Shown here one piece after another: positions 30,645 to 41,621 of a stretch of 64,000 nt of DNA. The DNA comes from an uncultured Gemmataceae bacterium. GTDB taxonomy: Bacteria; Planctomycetota; Planctomycetia; Gemmatales; Gemmataceae. The stretch lies in the NCBI GenBank assembly GCA_963750165.1, contig CAVVPN010000004.1:512001-576000 (forward strand). The letters run 5' to 3'. Positions within the stretch are counted from its first letter, which is position 1, and the number at the start of each line of letters is the position of its first letter. A model generated the notes under the pieces. It saw nothing but the letters and a program-made list of their open reading frames with translations. It did not search any database and was not told the DNA's origin. The position numbers and the translations under genes are program-made.

Positions 30645-30774
30645 CCGGCCCGAAAAAAGGGACATTCGGAATAATAACTCGAACCAGCCGCCTGTCTTGG
30701 CCGCCGCCCCGCTGCTCAGCTTCCCCGTTCGGCCACGGGGCGGCCGCGCTATCAGCAAAAACGGTATGACCCGC

Positions 30775-31719
30775 TCAGCGCCAGGGGAAACGCCCGGCCA
30801 CCAGCACCAGCGCCGCCAACCCCGCCGCCAGCCAGCCGGTCAGCGCCACCATCTGCCACGCCTCCCGCGCCACCGCGGGCGTCAGCGGCCGCAGTGGGTC
30901 GCCCAACGAATACACGCCGCGCTTCTCCAGCCGAACGCCGAGCAGTCCCGCCAGCACCGCCATCGGCCGACCGCCGTTGGGACTCGGCGTCCGCGCCGCG
31001 TCGCGGCGCAGGATGCGCCAGCCCTCCGCGACCCGGACGCCGTGCAGCCACCCAGCCAGCAGCAGCAGGGCGGCCGTCAGCCGGGCGGGGATGAAGTTGG
31101 CCAGGTCGTCCAGACGGGCCGCCGCCTTGCCCAGCGCCTCGAACCGGCCGCGGTAGCCGATCATCGCGTCCAGGGTGTTGATCGCCCGGTAGGCGACGGC
31201 GCCGGGCACGCCGAACAGCAGGTAATAGAAGAGCGGAGCGACGAAACTGTCCGAGGCGTTCTCGGCCACGGACTGCACCGCGGCCGCCAGCAACGCCTCG
31301 CCATCGAGTTGGCTGGGATCGCGGCTGCACAGGGATCGGAGGCCGGCGCGGGCCGCGGGCAGGTCGTCCGCCGCGACGGCAGCGCGAACGCGCTCCGCGG
31401 CGGCCCCCAGCTCGCGCAGGGCGAACGACGCCTTCAGGAAATACACGCTCACCAGGAAGGTGAGCAGCGGCACCACGACGGTCAGGCGGAGCAGCCACCA
31501 GGTTGCCGCGGCGCTGAACGCCACCACGCCCGCCGTCAGCGCCGCCCCGAAGAGGAATTGCCGCCACCAGCCGGCGGTCGGCGCCAGCCGCAGCAGCGCG
31601 GACACCAGCCTGCCGAGCCACACGACCGGGTGCAGCGGCGCCGGGTACTCGGCGAGAGTTTGATCCAGGAACAGCGCCACGGCCAGGACGCCGGCGGGCG
31701 TGAACAGGACCTGCTCCAT
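30775..31719 (-). CDS. cobD: Adenosylcobinamide-phosphate synthase CbiB/CobD
   Basis: HPVVWLG, SVAENASDSFVAPLFY, YRAINTLDAMIGY, SPNGG. Confidence 0.95.
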   Translation of the reverse strand: MEQVLFTPAGVLAVALFLDQTLAEYPAPLHPVVWLGRLVSALLRLAPTAGWWRQFLFGAALTAGVVAFSAAATWWLLRLTVVVPLLTFLVSVYFLKASFALRELGAAAERVRAAVAADDLPAARAGLRSLCSRDPSQLDGEALLAAAVQSVAENASDSFVAPLFYYLLFGVPGAVAYRAINTLDAMIGYRGRFEALGKAAARLDDLANFIPARLTAALLLLAGWLHGVRVAEGWRILRRDAARTPSPNGGRPMAVLAGLLGVRLEKRGVYSLGDPLRPLTPAVAREAWQMVALTGWLAAGLAALVLVAGRFPWR

Positions 31720-32774
31720 CACGCCCCCGCGTCGGTCACACCGGCGGCCGCGAACGTCGCCATCTCGCGCAGGACGCGCAGCGCCGCCTGCGCCAGGTGC
31801 AGCGCCAGCACGGCCCCCGTCCCCTCGCCGAGCCGCAGGTCCAGTTCCAGCAGCGGCCGCAGTCCGAGGTGCCCGAGGGCCGCGACGTGGCCGGGTTCCA
31901 CCGAACGGTGGCCGGCGATCAGGTAATCCTTGACCGTTGGACACAGCCCCGCCGCCACCAGCGCCGCCGCTCCCGTGATGAAGCCGTCCAGCACAACCGG
32001 CAGCCGCCGCGCCGCCGCGCCCAGCAGCACCCCCGCCAACCCGGCGATCTCGAAACCGCCGAGCTTCGCCACCACGTCGAGCGCGTCCGCCGGGTCGGGC
32101 CGGTTGATCCGCAGCGCCCGCTCAATGACCGCCACCTTGTTCCGCAATCCCTCGTCGTTGACACCGGTGCCGCGGCCGGTCACCTCCGCGGCCGGCCGGC
32201 CGGTCAGCACGGCGGTGAGGCCGCTGGCCGCCGTGCTGTTGCCAATGCCCATTTCGCCCACGCCGAGCAGCCGCACCCCCGCTGCGTGCTGCTCGTCGGC
32301 CAGGCGGATGCCGGCTTCCAGAGCGCCGGCGGCCGCTTCCGGGCTCATGGCCGGGCCGCGGGTGAAGTTGGCCGTGCCGGGCCCCTGACGATACTGCCGC
32401 AGTCCCGGCGCCGGCACGGGCTGCAAAATCCCCAGATCCGCCACGACGACGGGCACCCCCTGCTGGCGGGCCAGGACGTTGATGGCGGCGCCGCCCGCCA
32501 GGAAGTTCGCAACCATCTGGCCAGTGACCGCCGCCGGGTAAGCGCTGACGCCCTCCGCGGCGACGCCGTGATCCGCCGCCAGGACCAGCACCGCCGCGGC
32601 CGGCAACGGCGGGTCAGCCGTGCCGTAAGCCGCGGCCAGACGGACGGCCAGTTCTTCCAGACGGCCCAGGCTGCCGCGCGGCTTGGTCTTGGCATCCAGC
32701 CGGGCCTGGGCCTGCGCGGCGGCCGTTTCGTCCGCCGGGACGATGGCGGCACAGGTCTGTTGCAAAAGCGTCAA
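31719..32774 (-). CDS. cobT: Nicotinate-nucleotide--dimethylbenzimidazole phosphoribosyltransferase
   Basis: TKPRGSLGRLE, GEMGIGNST, LRLGEGTGA; TTG start overlaps cobU TGA. Confidence 0.95.
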   Translation of the reverse strand: MTLLQQTCAAIVPADETAAAQAQARLDAKTKPRGSLGRLEELAVRLAAAYGTADPPLPAAAVLVLAADHGVAAEGVSAYPAAVTGQMVANFLAGGAAINVLARQQGVPVVVADLGILQPVPAPGLRQYRQGPGTANFTRGPAMSPEAAAGALEAGIRLADEQHAAGVRLLGVGEMGIGNSTAASGLTAVLTGRPAAEVTGRGTGVNDEGLRNKVAVIERALRINRPDPADALDVVAKLGGFEIAGLAGVLLGAAARRLPVVLDGFITGAAALVAAGLCPTVKDYLIAGHRSVEPGHVAALGHLGLRPLLELDLRLGEGTGAVLALHLAQAALRVLREMATFAAAGVTDAGA

Positions 32775-33328
32775 GGCAGTTCCTCCATGACAGGAACGAC
32801 CGGGCCGGGCTTGAGCCGCAGGACGATGCCCAGCACGGCGAAATACACCTCGTCGGCCGCGGCGGCCAGGCGCTGGTGCGCCAGACCGGCCACATCGCGG
32901 AAGGTGCGGCCCAGCGGCGTCTCCGGCACCAGACCGAGGCCGACCTCGCTCGTCACCACGACGACATGGGCCGGCTGTCGCCGCAGCGCCGCCGCCAGTT
33001 CCTCGACGCGACGCAGGACGCCCTCCGGTCCCTCGTCCTTGAGCAGCAGGTTGGCCAGCCACAGCGTCAGGCAGTCCAGCACGATCACGTCGGCCGCGTC
33101 GATGCGGGCCAGCGCTTCGGGGACCGCGAGCGGCTCCTCGGTGGTGCGGAAGTCGGCGCCGCGCGTCTGTTGATGGAGGCGGATGCGGTCGCGCATCTCG
33201 GCGTCGCCGGCCTGGGCCGTGGCCAGGAAGTGGCGGCGCCGCCCCAGCTGCCGCGCCCGCGTCAGCGCGAAAGCGCTCTTGCCGGAGCGCGTGCCGCCGC
33301 CGACCAGCACCATGGTGTTGTTCGCCAT
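32771..33328 (-). CDS. cobU: Adenosylcobinamide kinase / cobinamide-phosphate guanylyltransferase
   Basis: GGTRSGKS, DCLTLW, EVGLGLVP...FRD. Confidence 0.95.
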   Translation of the reverse strand: MANNTMVLVGGGTRSGKSAFALTRARQLGRRRHFLATAQAGDAEMRDRIRLHQQTRGADFRTTEEPLAVPEALARIDAADVIVLDCLTLWLANLLLKDEGPEGVLRRVEELAAALRRQPAHVVVVTSEVGLGLVPETPLGRTFRDVAGLAHQRLAAAADEVYFAVLGIVLRLKPGPVVPVMEELP

Positions 33329-33379
33329 GCCTCCTCCCCAGAAAACGCACTTCCCAGCTCGCCGTGGTTTGACTTATGA

Positions 33380-33461
33380 GGCGAGCGGCGCGGCGTCAGC
33401 CCGCCGGTCCCAGACCAACCTGCGGTCACAGTACCGGCGGGCTGACGCCGCGCCGCTCGCC
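33380..33461. repeat. REP-doublet palindrome, 29-bp perfect arms
   Basis: GGCGAGCGGCGCGGCGTCAGCCCGCCGGT ... ACCGGCGGGCTGACGCCGCGCCGCTCGCC. Confidence 0.9.
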
Positions 33462-33681
33462 AAACGGTTCCTTCCGCCAGCACTTCTTATGAGGCGGCCC
33501 GGTCGCAATCAAGAAAACCGGCCGCAGGCTTGCGCGCGGCGGTCGGCGCATGCCGCGCTGACGGGACGGTCCACGGGTACACACTCTGCGGGCGCTCGCT
33601 TGCCGGAATGGCGGTTCGGCCGTAAGATTGACAAGCTGGCGAACGGGGAAAATGCTACAATGCCGGTAAGCACACACCGTC

Positions 33682-33710
33682 TTGTCAAACACCAACGGGG
33701 TGGGTATGAT
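33682..33710 (+). promoter_or_regulatory. Sigma70-like promoter
   Basis: TTGTCA-17 bp-TATGAT upstream of the RsbW-like gene. Confidence 0.5.
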
Positions 33711-33781
33711 ACGCCCCCGTCTCACACCGGGTTGTCTCGGTATCTGGCGGAGGTGCTTACGAAATCTTCTGGAGAAGTCGC

Positions 33782-34222
33782 ATGTCCGACTCCCCGCGTT
33801 TGACCCTGACCATTCCCAGCGAACTGCGCATGCTGACCGTGGCCCGCGCGTTCGTGGAGGCCGTCTGTCAAACCCGCAACCTCGACAAGCGCACCACCCA
33901 CTCCATCATCCTGGCGACCGGCGAGGCGCTGAGTAACATCATCCGCCACGCCCACCGCAACCGGCCGGACGCCCAGATTCAGGTGCAGTGCCAGGCCAAC
34001 AGCCATGCGTTCGAGGTCACGCTCCTCGACGAGGGCGAACCGTTCGACCTGAACCAGGTGCCGCACCTCGACCCCGGCGAGATTCGCGTCGGCGGCCGCG
34101 GCGTGTTCCTGATGCGCAAGCTGATGGACGAACTGGTCTGTGAGGCGCGCGGCCCACACGGCAACCTGCTGCGCATGGTCAAGCGCTGTGCGGAAGGCGC
34201 TACCGTGCGCGAGGTCGGCTGA
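33782..34222 (+). CDS. Anti-sigma factor kinase (RsbW-like HATPase_c)
   Basis: EALSNIIRHA, DEGEPFD, GGRGVFLMRKLMD. Confidence 0.9.
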   Translation: MSDSPRLTLTIPSELRMLTVARAFVEAVCQTRNLDKRTTHSIILATGEALSNIIRHAHRNRPDAQIQVQCQANSHAFEVTLLDEGEPFDLNQVPHLDPGEIRVGGRGVFLMRKLMDELVCEARGPHGNLLRMVKRCAEGATVREVG

Positions 34223-34468
34223 CGGGCACGTTCGCCCGAAATTGCCTGAACCCGGGCCGCCCGCTGGCCGATAATGGAAAGGACAGGAATGTGAGCACCT
34301 GAACAGTAAGTGACGGCTGTTCGGTGCGCACGACAAACCCATCACGGAACGGTCGCGCTGTCCATGTCTCGGCGACCAAGTGGGTTGAATCTACCGACCC
34401 CAATGCGTTATCATGACCCGGGCGCGGGCTGTGGAGGCGAAGGGCCTGCGCCCCGGGGGAGAAGACCC

Positions 34469-34675
34469 ATGCACATCCACAAGGCTCGTCGTCCGCAAGG
34501 ACCGAAAACCAAGCAGCGCTCCTGGTGGCAGGCCGCGCAGGCCGACACCGAGGATCCGACGCTGTTCCGCGCCGGCCTGGTCGAGCAGGTTCGCCAGGAG
34601 ATCGCCGCGGGCACCTATGAAACGCCGGAAAAACTGGAGGCCGCCCTGGAACGGCTGCTCGGCAGTCTGCGATAA
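34469..34675 (+). CDS. FlgM-like anti-sigma-28 factor
   Basis: RAGLVEQVRQEIAAGTYETPEKLEAALERLL; start uncertain. Confidence 0.65.
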   Translation: MHIHKARRPQGPKTKQRSWWQAAQADTEDPTLFRAGLVEQVRQEIAAGTYETPEKLEAALERLLGSLR

Positions 34676-34687
34676 ATGAATTCACAG

Positions 34688-34739
34688 GGTCGGAGCCCGA
34701 GCGCCAGCGCTGCCCCGCGCTGGCGCTCGGGCTCCGACC
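34688..34739. repeat. REP-like palindrome
   Basis: GGTCGGAGCCCGAGCGCCAGCGC-tgcccc-GCGCTGGCGCTCGGGCTCCGACC. Confidence 0.9.
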
Positions 34740-34807
34740 ACGCACAACTTGCTATAATGATGATGAGTCTCGGTGAACGCGCGTCCCGTCAGCGAGGAGA
34801 TGCACCC

Positions 34808-35295
34808 GTGCAGTTGCCAGCGATCGCAATGTCGCAGAGCCCGGAAGACAAGTTCCGCGAGTACCTGGCGAGCCGGCCGCGGCGCAGCGCTACACCGAAC
34901 AGCAGCGCGATCTGGTCCGCTTCATTTTCAGCCAGCACAGCCACTTCGACACCGACCAGCTCATCGACGCCGTGAAGGCCGAGGGCTTTCAGGTCAGCCG
35001 CGCCACCGTGTACCGCACACTCAACAAGCTCGTGGACGCCGGACTGCTGCGGCGCATCGATGTCGGGCCGCGCATGTTCTACGAACAGGACTACGGCTAC
35101 CCGCAGCACGATCACCTCGTCTGTCAGGAGTGCGGCAAGAAAATCGAGTTCCAGGCGCCGGCAGTCACGCTTGCGCTGCAGGAGATTTGCCGGCAGCATC
35201 AGTTCCAGAGCAGCGGCCATACGTTCGTCATCCGCGGCACCTGTGCGGAGTGCAACCGGGCGCGCACGACCAAGCGGCGGTTGGACCTGGTGTGA
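34808..35295 (+). CDS. Fur-family transcriptional regulator, frameshift near 34880
   Basis: RYTEQQRDL, SRATVYRTL, HDHLVCQECG, GTCAEC; N-terminus lies in a different frame. Confidence 0.85.
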
Positions 35296-35601
35296 CGAAC
35301 CGCGGTCACGGCTTGCCGCTGATGGGGCTTTCGATCTCCAGGGTTTCAGTTCCTCGCGCAGGCCCACGAGCCCCTGCTCCAGCGGTCCTTGCCGCGGCAT
35401 GCGGAATTGTCGGATTTCCCTCTGTTCTTTTTCCCCCTTCCAGTGTATACTTCATCTGGCTCTTGGGCCTTGCGAACGGTTTTGTTGGTCGTCTTGCACT
35501 TCCACCCACCTTCTCTGTCCCATGTAAGTCTAGCGTTTTCGGTGCGGGACCATCCCACCACGGGATGGCTGCGTACCTGTTTTTCTTTCACGGAGGCCCA
35601 C

Positions 35602-35949
35602 ATGGGCAAGAAGTTGTACGTAGGCAACCTGGCCTACGGCGTCAGCAGCAGCGATCTGCAGACGATGTTCGAGGCGCACGGCTCGGTGCAGTCGGCGCAG
35701 GTCATCATGGACCGCGACACCGGTCGCTCCAAGGGGTTCGGCTTCGTCGAGATGGGTTCCGACCAGGAAGCCCAGGCGGCCATCGCCGCCCTTGGCGACA
35801 AGGAAGTGGACGGCCGGCGCCTGACGGTGAACGAGGCCCGTCCCAAGACGGAGGGCGGCGGCGGCAGTGGTCGTGGCTTTGGTGGTAGCGGTGGCGGTGG
35901 CGGCGGCGGCGGCGGCAGCCGTGGCGGCTACGGCAGCCGTCGGTATTAA
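35602..35949 (+). CDS. RRM RNA-binding protein with Gly-rich tail
   Basis: LYVGNL (RNP2), KGFGFVEM (RNP1). Confidence 0.95.
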   Translation: MGKKLYVGNLAYGVSSSDLQTMFEAHGSVQSAQVIMDRDTGRSKGFGFVEMGSDQEAQAAIAALGDKEVDGRRLTVNEARPKTEGGGGSGRGFGGSGGGGGGGGGSRGGYGSRRY

Positions 35950-35960
35950 TCGACCTGAAT

Positions 35961-36027
35961 ACGCACGGAGCCCGCAGCGACTGCAAAGGGGTTGCCCCTT
36001 GCTGGTGCTGCGGGCTCCGTGCGTTTC
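35961..36027 (+). terminator. Probable terminator hairpin
   Basis: ACGCACGGAGCCCGCAGC ... GCTGCGGGCTCCGTGCGT followed by TT, just after the RRM stop. Confidence 0.55.
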
Positions 36028-36125
36028 CAGACCGTCCCGGCTCACTTTCGCCTCATTCGGAGGCACACCGAAGTGGGTGCTTTGCCCTTGACCCGCGGCG
36101 GTCGGCCCCGTATACGCCCGCCATC

Positions 36126-37237
36126 ATGAAAACCATTCATCCGTTCGCACTGGGCGTCCTGACGCTTCTGGGTCTGATGGCGGCCGGCACGGCCCACGCC
36201 GACCCGCCGCTGCGCGCCACCGGCAAGGTGCTGCTGCTGGACAACTTCCGCACCCTGGAAGGCGACATCCAGCGGCAGGGCGAACAGTACATCGTTCACC
36301 GCGGCGCTGGAGAGATGGTGCTGTCGGCCAGCAAGGGGCTGCGCCTGTGTGCCAGCTGGGAGGAGGCTTTTGCCTTCATGCAGTCGCAGGCCAACCTGCG
36401 CGACCCCGACGAGCGGCTGCGGCTGGCGCGCTGGTGCGAATCCAACGGCCAGCGTGCCCTGGCCGTGTCCGAGGTCAAACATGCCCTGGACATGCGGCCG
36501 GGCCACCCGGACACGGTGGCGTACTGGAAGAAGCTGCAAAATGCGCCGTCCGCGGGACCAACCGGCGGCATGGCGGCGAAGCTCAACCCCGACGCGGGGC
36601 TGCCGGTTGTGGACCTCAGCGCCGAGTGCCTGGCCCTGTTCAACACGCGCATTCAGCCGCTGCTGATGAATGCCTGCGCCGGCTGCCACGCCAGCGGCCG
36701 CGGCGGTGAGTTCAAGCTGGTCCACTGCGTCGATGCCACCGTCAACCGCCGGGCGACCCAGATCAACCTCGCGGCCGTGCTGGCGCAGATCAAGTTCGAG
36801 CAGCCGGAGTCCAGTCCGCTGCTGTACAAGTCGTTCAGCAAACACGGCCTCACCGCCCAGGCGCCCTGCCGGGCCGCCAGTCGGCGGCTTACCAGATGCT
36901 GCTGGAGTGGGTGCAGATGACGGTGCATGACAACCCGCACCTGCACAAGGAGACGGTGGCGAAGGCGCCCGCCACGGTGGCCCCGGTGGCCGTGACGGTG
37001 CCGACCGCGCGGCCGCCAGTGACGCCCGTGGCGTCGGCGCCCGCCGGCCCCACGCAGACGTTCGCGGTGGCGCTGAACCAGGCGCCGGCGCCGCCGACGC
37101 CAGGGGAAACGGTGATCCGGCAGGTGGAGCACCAGACGCAAACACTGCCGCCACCGCAAGCGCCGGCCGAGCAGCCGGCGTCAACCGACCCGTTCAGCCC
37201 ATCGATCTTCAACCGCGAGAATCACCCGAATCGGTAA
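36126..37237 (+). CDS. Secreted hypothetical protein with CxxCH motif, frameshift near 36865-36895
   Basis: Signal peptide; FNTRIQPLLMNACAGCH resembles planctomycete cytochrome c-like domains; TTGACC-17-TATACG promoter at 36088-36116. Confidence 0.6.
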
Positions 37238-37283
37238 GCGCACCTGGGCCATTTACAGATTCGGAAAAATCCGAGACAACGTT

Positions 37284-38492
37284 ATGTCGATGGCCCCCTC
37301 GCCGCGCCTGTTGCTCTGCGCCGACCAGTCCGCGGCCGCCGCCGAGTTGCGCCGGCCGCTGGAACAGGCCGCGTTCGCGGTGGACAGCCACGGCTTCGGT
37401 GACTTCAACGGCCACGACCTCGCCGCCTACCGTTTGGTGCTGCTCGACGGCACCGGCGACCCCGGCGCGGCCCTGCAGTGCTGCCGCCGCCTCCGCGGTC
37501 ACCTCGGCGAGCATTTCGTGCCCATCCTGTTTGTGACCGCCGACCTGAGTCCCGCCGCCCGCCTCGCCAGCCTGGATTGTGGCACCGACACCTATTTGTT
37601 GCACCCCTTTGAGTCCGCCGAGTTGATCGCCCAGGTCCGCGCCCTGCTGCGCATCAAGGACAGCCACGAGCGCCTGGCCGACAAGACCGCCGAGGTGCAG
37701 CGCATCAACAAGCGCTTGCAGTCCGCGTATCAGCAGATCGACCAGGAACTGGAACTGGCCCGCCGCATTCAGGAGAGTTTTCTACCGCAGACGCTGCCGG
37801 AGGTGCCACAGGTGCGCTTCGCGGTCCACTACCACCCCTGCGGCCGGGTCGGCGGCGACTTCTACGACGTCTTCCGGCTGGACGAGAGCCATCTCGGCTT
37901 CTACGTCGCCGACGCGATGGGCCACGGCGTACCGGCGAGCCTGCTGACTATCTTCGTCAAGAAGGGCGTGCGGACGAAGGAGATTCACGGCCAGCAGTAT
38001 CGCCTGGTGCCGCCGAGCGAGGTGCTGCAGCGCCTCAACCGCGACCTGATCGAACAGCAGTTGTCGGAGAACCCATTCATCACGATGGTGTACGCGCTGT
38101 TCAACTTCGCCGACGGCACCTTGCAGTTCGCGCGTTCGGGCCATCCGTACCCGCTGCATGTGCCGTGCGACGGCGAGCCGCGGTTGTGGCAGATCGAGGG
38201 CAGTTTACTGGGTGTGTTCGACACGCATTATCCGACGCGGGCGGAGCGACTGCGGCCCGGCGACAAGGTGCTGCTGTACACCGACGGCATCGACCACGCC
38301 CGTTTCGAGCAGGAGCCGCCGGGCGTCAAGAGCGTGCTGGCGTGGGCGGCGCGGCACCGGGCGCGGCCGGTCGGCGAGCTGGTCGGCCTGCTGCAGCGCG
38401 AGCTGTTCGGCCAGGCGCCGCCCCGGGACGACCTGACCGTGCTGGGGCTGGAAATGCTGCCGGCCTTGTCAGGTGGCCGCGCCGCTCTCTAA
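37284..38492 (+). CDS. Receiver-like domain + PP2C (SpoIIE/RsbU-like) phosphatase
   Basis: ARRIQESFLP, VGGDFYD, ADAMGHGVPA, LYTDG, DDLT. Confidence 0.9.
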   Translation: MSMAPSPRLLLCADQSAAAAELRRPLEQAAFAVDSHGFGDFNGHDLAAYRLVLLDGTGDPGAALQCCRRLRGHLGEHFVPILFVTADLSPAARLASLDCGTDTYLLHPFESAELIAQVRALLRIKDSHERLADKTAEVQRINKRLQSAYQQIDQELELARRIQESFLPQTLPEVPQVRFAVHYHPCGRVGGDFYDVFRLDESHLGFYVADAMGHGVPASLLTIFVKKGVRTKEIHGQQYRLVPPSEVLQRLNRDLIEQQLSENPFITMVYALFNFADGTLQFARSGHPYPLHVPCDGEPRLWQIEGSLLGVFDTHYPTRAERLRPGDKVLLYTDGIDHARFEQEPPGVKSVLAWAARHRARPVGELVGLLQRELFGQAPPRDDLTVLGLEMLPALSGGRAAL

Positions 38493-38542
38493 AATGAATA
38501 TCCTCATTCAACGAACCCGGACCCCCGGAAGGATGGCGAACC

Positions 38543-38803
38543 ATGAAGGAAGGTATTCACCCCAAGTACGAGGAAGCGACCGTCACCTGCGGCTGCGGTA
38601 ACAAGTTCACGACGCGCAGCACGAAGAAGAACATCACGGTCGAAATCTGCTCCGCCTGTCACCCGTTTTTCACCGGTAAGATGAAGTTCGTGGACACCAC
38701 CGGCCGCGTTGAGAAGTTCCAGAAGAAGTACAACTGGGACAAGCGCAAGGCCGACAGCAAGGACGCCGCCGCGGCCGCCAGGGAGGCCGCCGCCAAGAAG
38801 TAG
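38543..38803 (+). CDS. rpmE: 50S ribosomal protein L31 (zinc-binding type)
   Basis: [23 protein letters not shown]. Confidence 0.97.
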   Translation: MKEGIHPKYEEATVTCGCGNKFTTRSTKKNITVEICSACHPFFTGKMKFVDTTGRVEKFQKKYNWDKRKADSKDAAAAAREAAAKK

Positions 38804-38835
38804 CTGTGAATCGCTTCCTAGCTGGTGCTGCCGCT

Positions 38836-38882
38836 CGATTTATCGTTTCGCGCTGGTGATTCGGGCGCGAAACGATGAATCG
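38836..38882. repeat. Intergenic hairpin between rpmE and prfA
   Basis: CGATTTATCGTTTCGCGC ... GCGCGAAACGATGAATCG. Confidence 0.7.
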
Positions 38883-38934
38883 GGCGGTAGAATGTCCTCG
38901 CATCCTGGCAGGAACGATCCACAGGCATCCCATC

Positions 38935-40020
<1,086 letters not shown>

Positions 40021-40035
40021 GCAAAGAGGCCCACC

Positions 40036-40926
40036 GTGACGCCGAAAGCCGTAGAGCACGAGGCTCCGTGGACCGTCGGTCGGCTGCTCGACTGGACGGC
40101 CAAATTCCTGCTGCAAAAGGGCGTGGAGTTCCCGCGCCTGGACGCGGAGGTGCTGCTGGCCCACGCGCTGGGTTGCAAGCGCATCGACCTGTACGGCGTC
40201 CGCCACGGCGAGGTCGCTGACGACGACGTGCGCAAGCGCTACCGCGAACTGATCGGTAAGCGCGTGGAGGGCTGTCCGGTGGCGTACCTGGTCGGCCGCA
40301 AGGAATTTTTCTCGCTGGAGCTGGAGGTTGGCCCGGCGGTGCTGATCCCGCGGCCGGACAGCGAACTGCTCGTGACCGAATGTCTGGCCCTGGCGAAGGC
40401 GCTGCCGGAACCCGCTGTTCTGGACCTGGGCACCGGCAGCGGCAACCTGCCGGTGGCGATCGCCAGGCACCACAGGACCGCTTGGCTGACGACCGTGGAC
40501 GTGAGCGCCGACGCCCTGGCGGTGGCGGGGCGCAACGCGGCGAAGCACGGCGTCGCGGAGCGGATCACGTTCCTGCAGGGCGACCTGTTCGCGCCGTTGC
40601 CAGCGGGCACGGCGTTCGACTTCGTCATCAGCAACCCGCCGTACATCCCGACCAGCGACATCGCGGGGCTGGCGGCGGGGGTGCGCAACTACGAGCCGCA
40701 CCTGGCGCTGGACGGCGGCGTGGACGGCTTCGCGGTGTTCGAGCGCATCGTCGCGGAGGCGCCGCGGTATCTGAAGCCGGGCGGCTGGCTGCTGCTGGAG
40801 ATTGGGTCGCCGCAGGAACTGCCGGCGCGACGGCGATTGGCGGCGGCGCCGGGGTTTGAACTGACCGAGACGGTGTGCGATGCGGCGCGGCATCCACGCG
40901 TGTTGAAGGCGCGCTGGCGACCGTAG
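40036..40926 (+). CDS. prmC: Release factor glutamine methyltransferase
   Basis: VLIPRPDSE, DLGTGSG, SNPPY. Confidence 0.96.
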   Translation: MTPKAVEHEAPWTVGRLLDWTAKFLLQKGVEFPRLDAEVLLAHALGCKRIDLYGVRHGEVADDDVRKRYRELIGKRVEGCPVAYLVGRKEFFSLELEVGPAVLIPRPDSELLVTECLALAKALPEPAVLDLGTGSGNLPVAIARHHRTAWLTTVDVSADALAVAGRNAAKHGVAERITFLQGDLFAPLPAGTAFDFVISNPPYIPTSDIAGLAAGVRNYEPHLALDGGVDGFAVFERIVAEAPRYLKPGGWLLLEIGSPQELPARRRLAAAPGFELTETVCDAARHPRVLKARWRP

Positions 40927-41097
40927 GCGGTTGCAATCTTCGACCGATCCCTGTTCGTTGGCCCTGCTCCCTCCTAGATACTTCAGGAGAGGGGTACCTG
41001 TCTGCCGTAAGCGCTCCATCACTTCCCGAGGAAGAATCCCGGCATTGTTGTCGGGATACCTGACCTGTTGTCGCGGTTCCATGCCGCGGGAGGATCC

Positions 41098-41514
41098 ATG
41101 AATCGCAAGTTCGTCTGCGCAGCGGTGGCGACGCTGATGCTGTTCAGCTTCGCCGTGGCCGACGAGTTCATGGCCGTCATCACCAAGGTCGAGAACGGCA
41201 AGGTGACGTACAAGACGTTCAAGTTCAACGTGGAAGAGAAGAAGCTCGAGTTCGGCGACGCCAAGACCCTGCCGACCACCAAGAACGTCAAGGTGGTCAA
41301 GGGCAAGTTCGACAAGGACACCAAGAAGATGGTGGCCGGCGACGCCATTGAGGACGGCCTGAAGAACAAGATGTTCACCGACATCAAAACGGACGGGCCG
41401 GGGCCGTTCGGCGGTGGCTTGATGGCCACCATCGTGACCGACGGCGGCAACAAGAAGATCACGGAAATCCGTGCGGCCGCCTTCGGCTTCAAGAAGAAGA
41501 AGAAGGACAACTGA
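41098..41514 (+). CDS. Small Lys-rich secreted protein, paralog 1
   Basis: Signal peptide, then DEFMAVITKVENGKVT...KFDKDTKK...GDAIEDGLKN. Confidence 0.8.
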   Translation: MNRKFVCAAVATLMLFSFAVADEFMAVITKVENGKVTYKTFKFNVEEKKLEFGDAKTLPTTKNVKVVKGKFDKDTKKMVAGDAIEDGLKNKMFTDIKTDGPGPFGGGLMATIVTDGGNKKITEIRAAAFGFKKKKKDN

Positions 41515-41621
41515 GCCGGGGCCGCCAACGCAGTCGTTGCCGATTCGGGCCCGCTTTCCGGCACACCCGGGGAGCGGGCCCGATACCGTTCCTTCCCTGG
41601 CCCCGCAACGGGAGACCCCTC

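Noticed and set aside
30651..30676. AAAAAAGGGACATT motif as a further RAYT end
   Set aside because: Weak similarity and no inverted partner nearby
33330..33680. Cobalamin riboswitch upstream of cobU
   Set aside because: Only isolated ACTGTGA and GGGAAG strings on the minus strand; conserved core and B12 box not found; the main hairpin is a REP-like element
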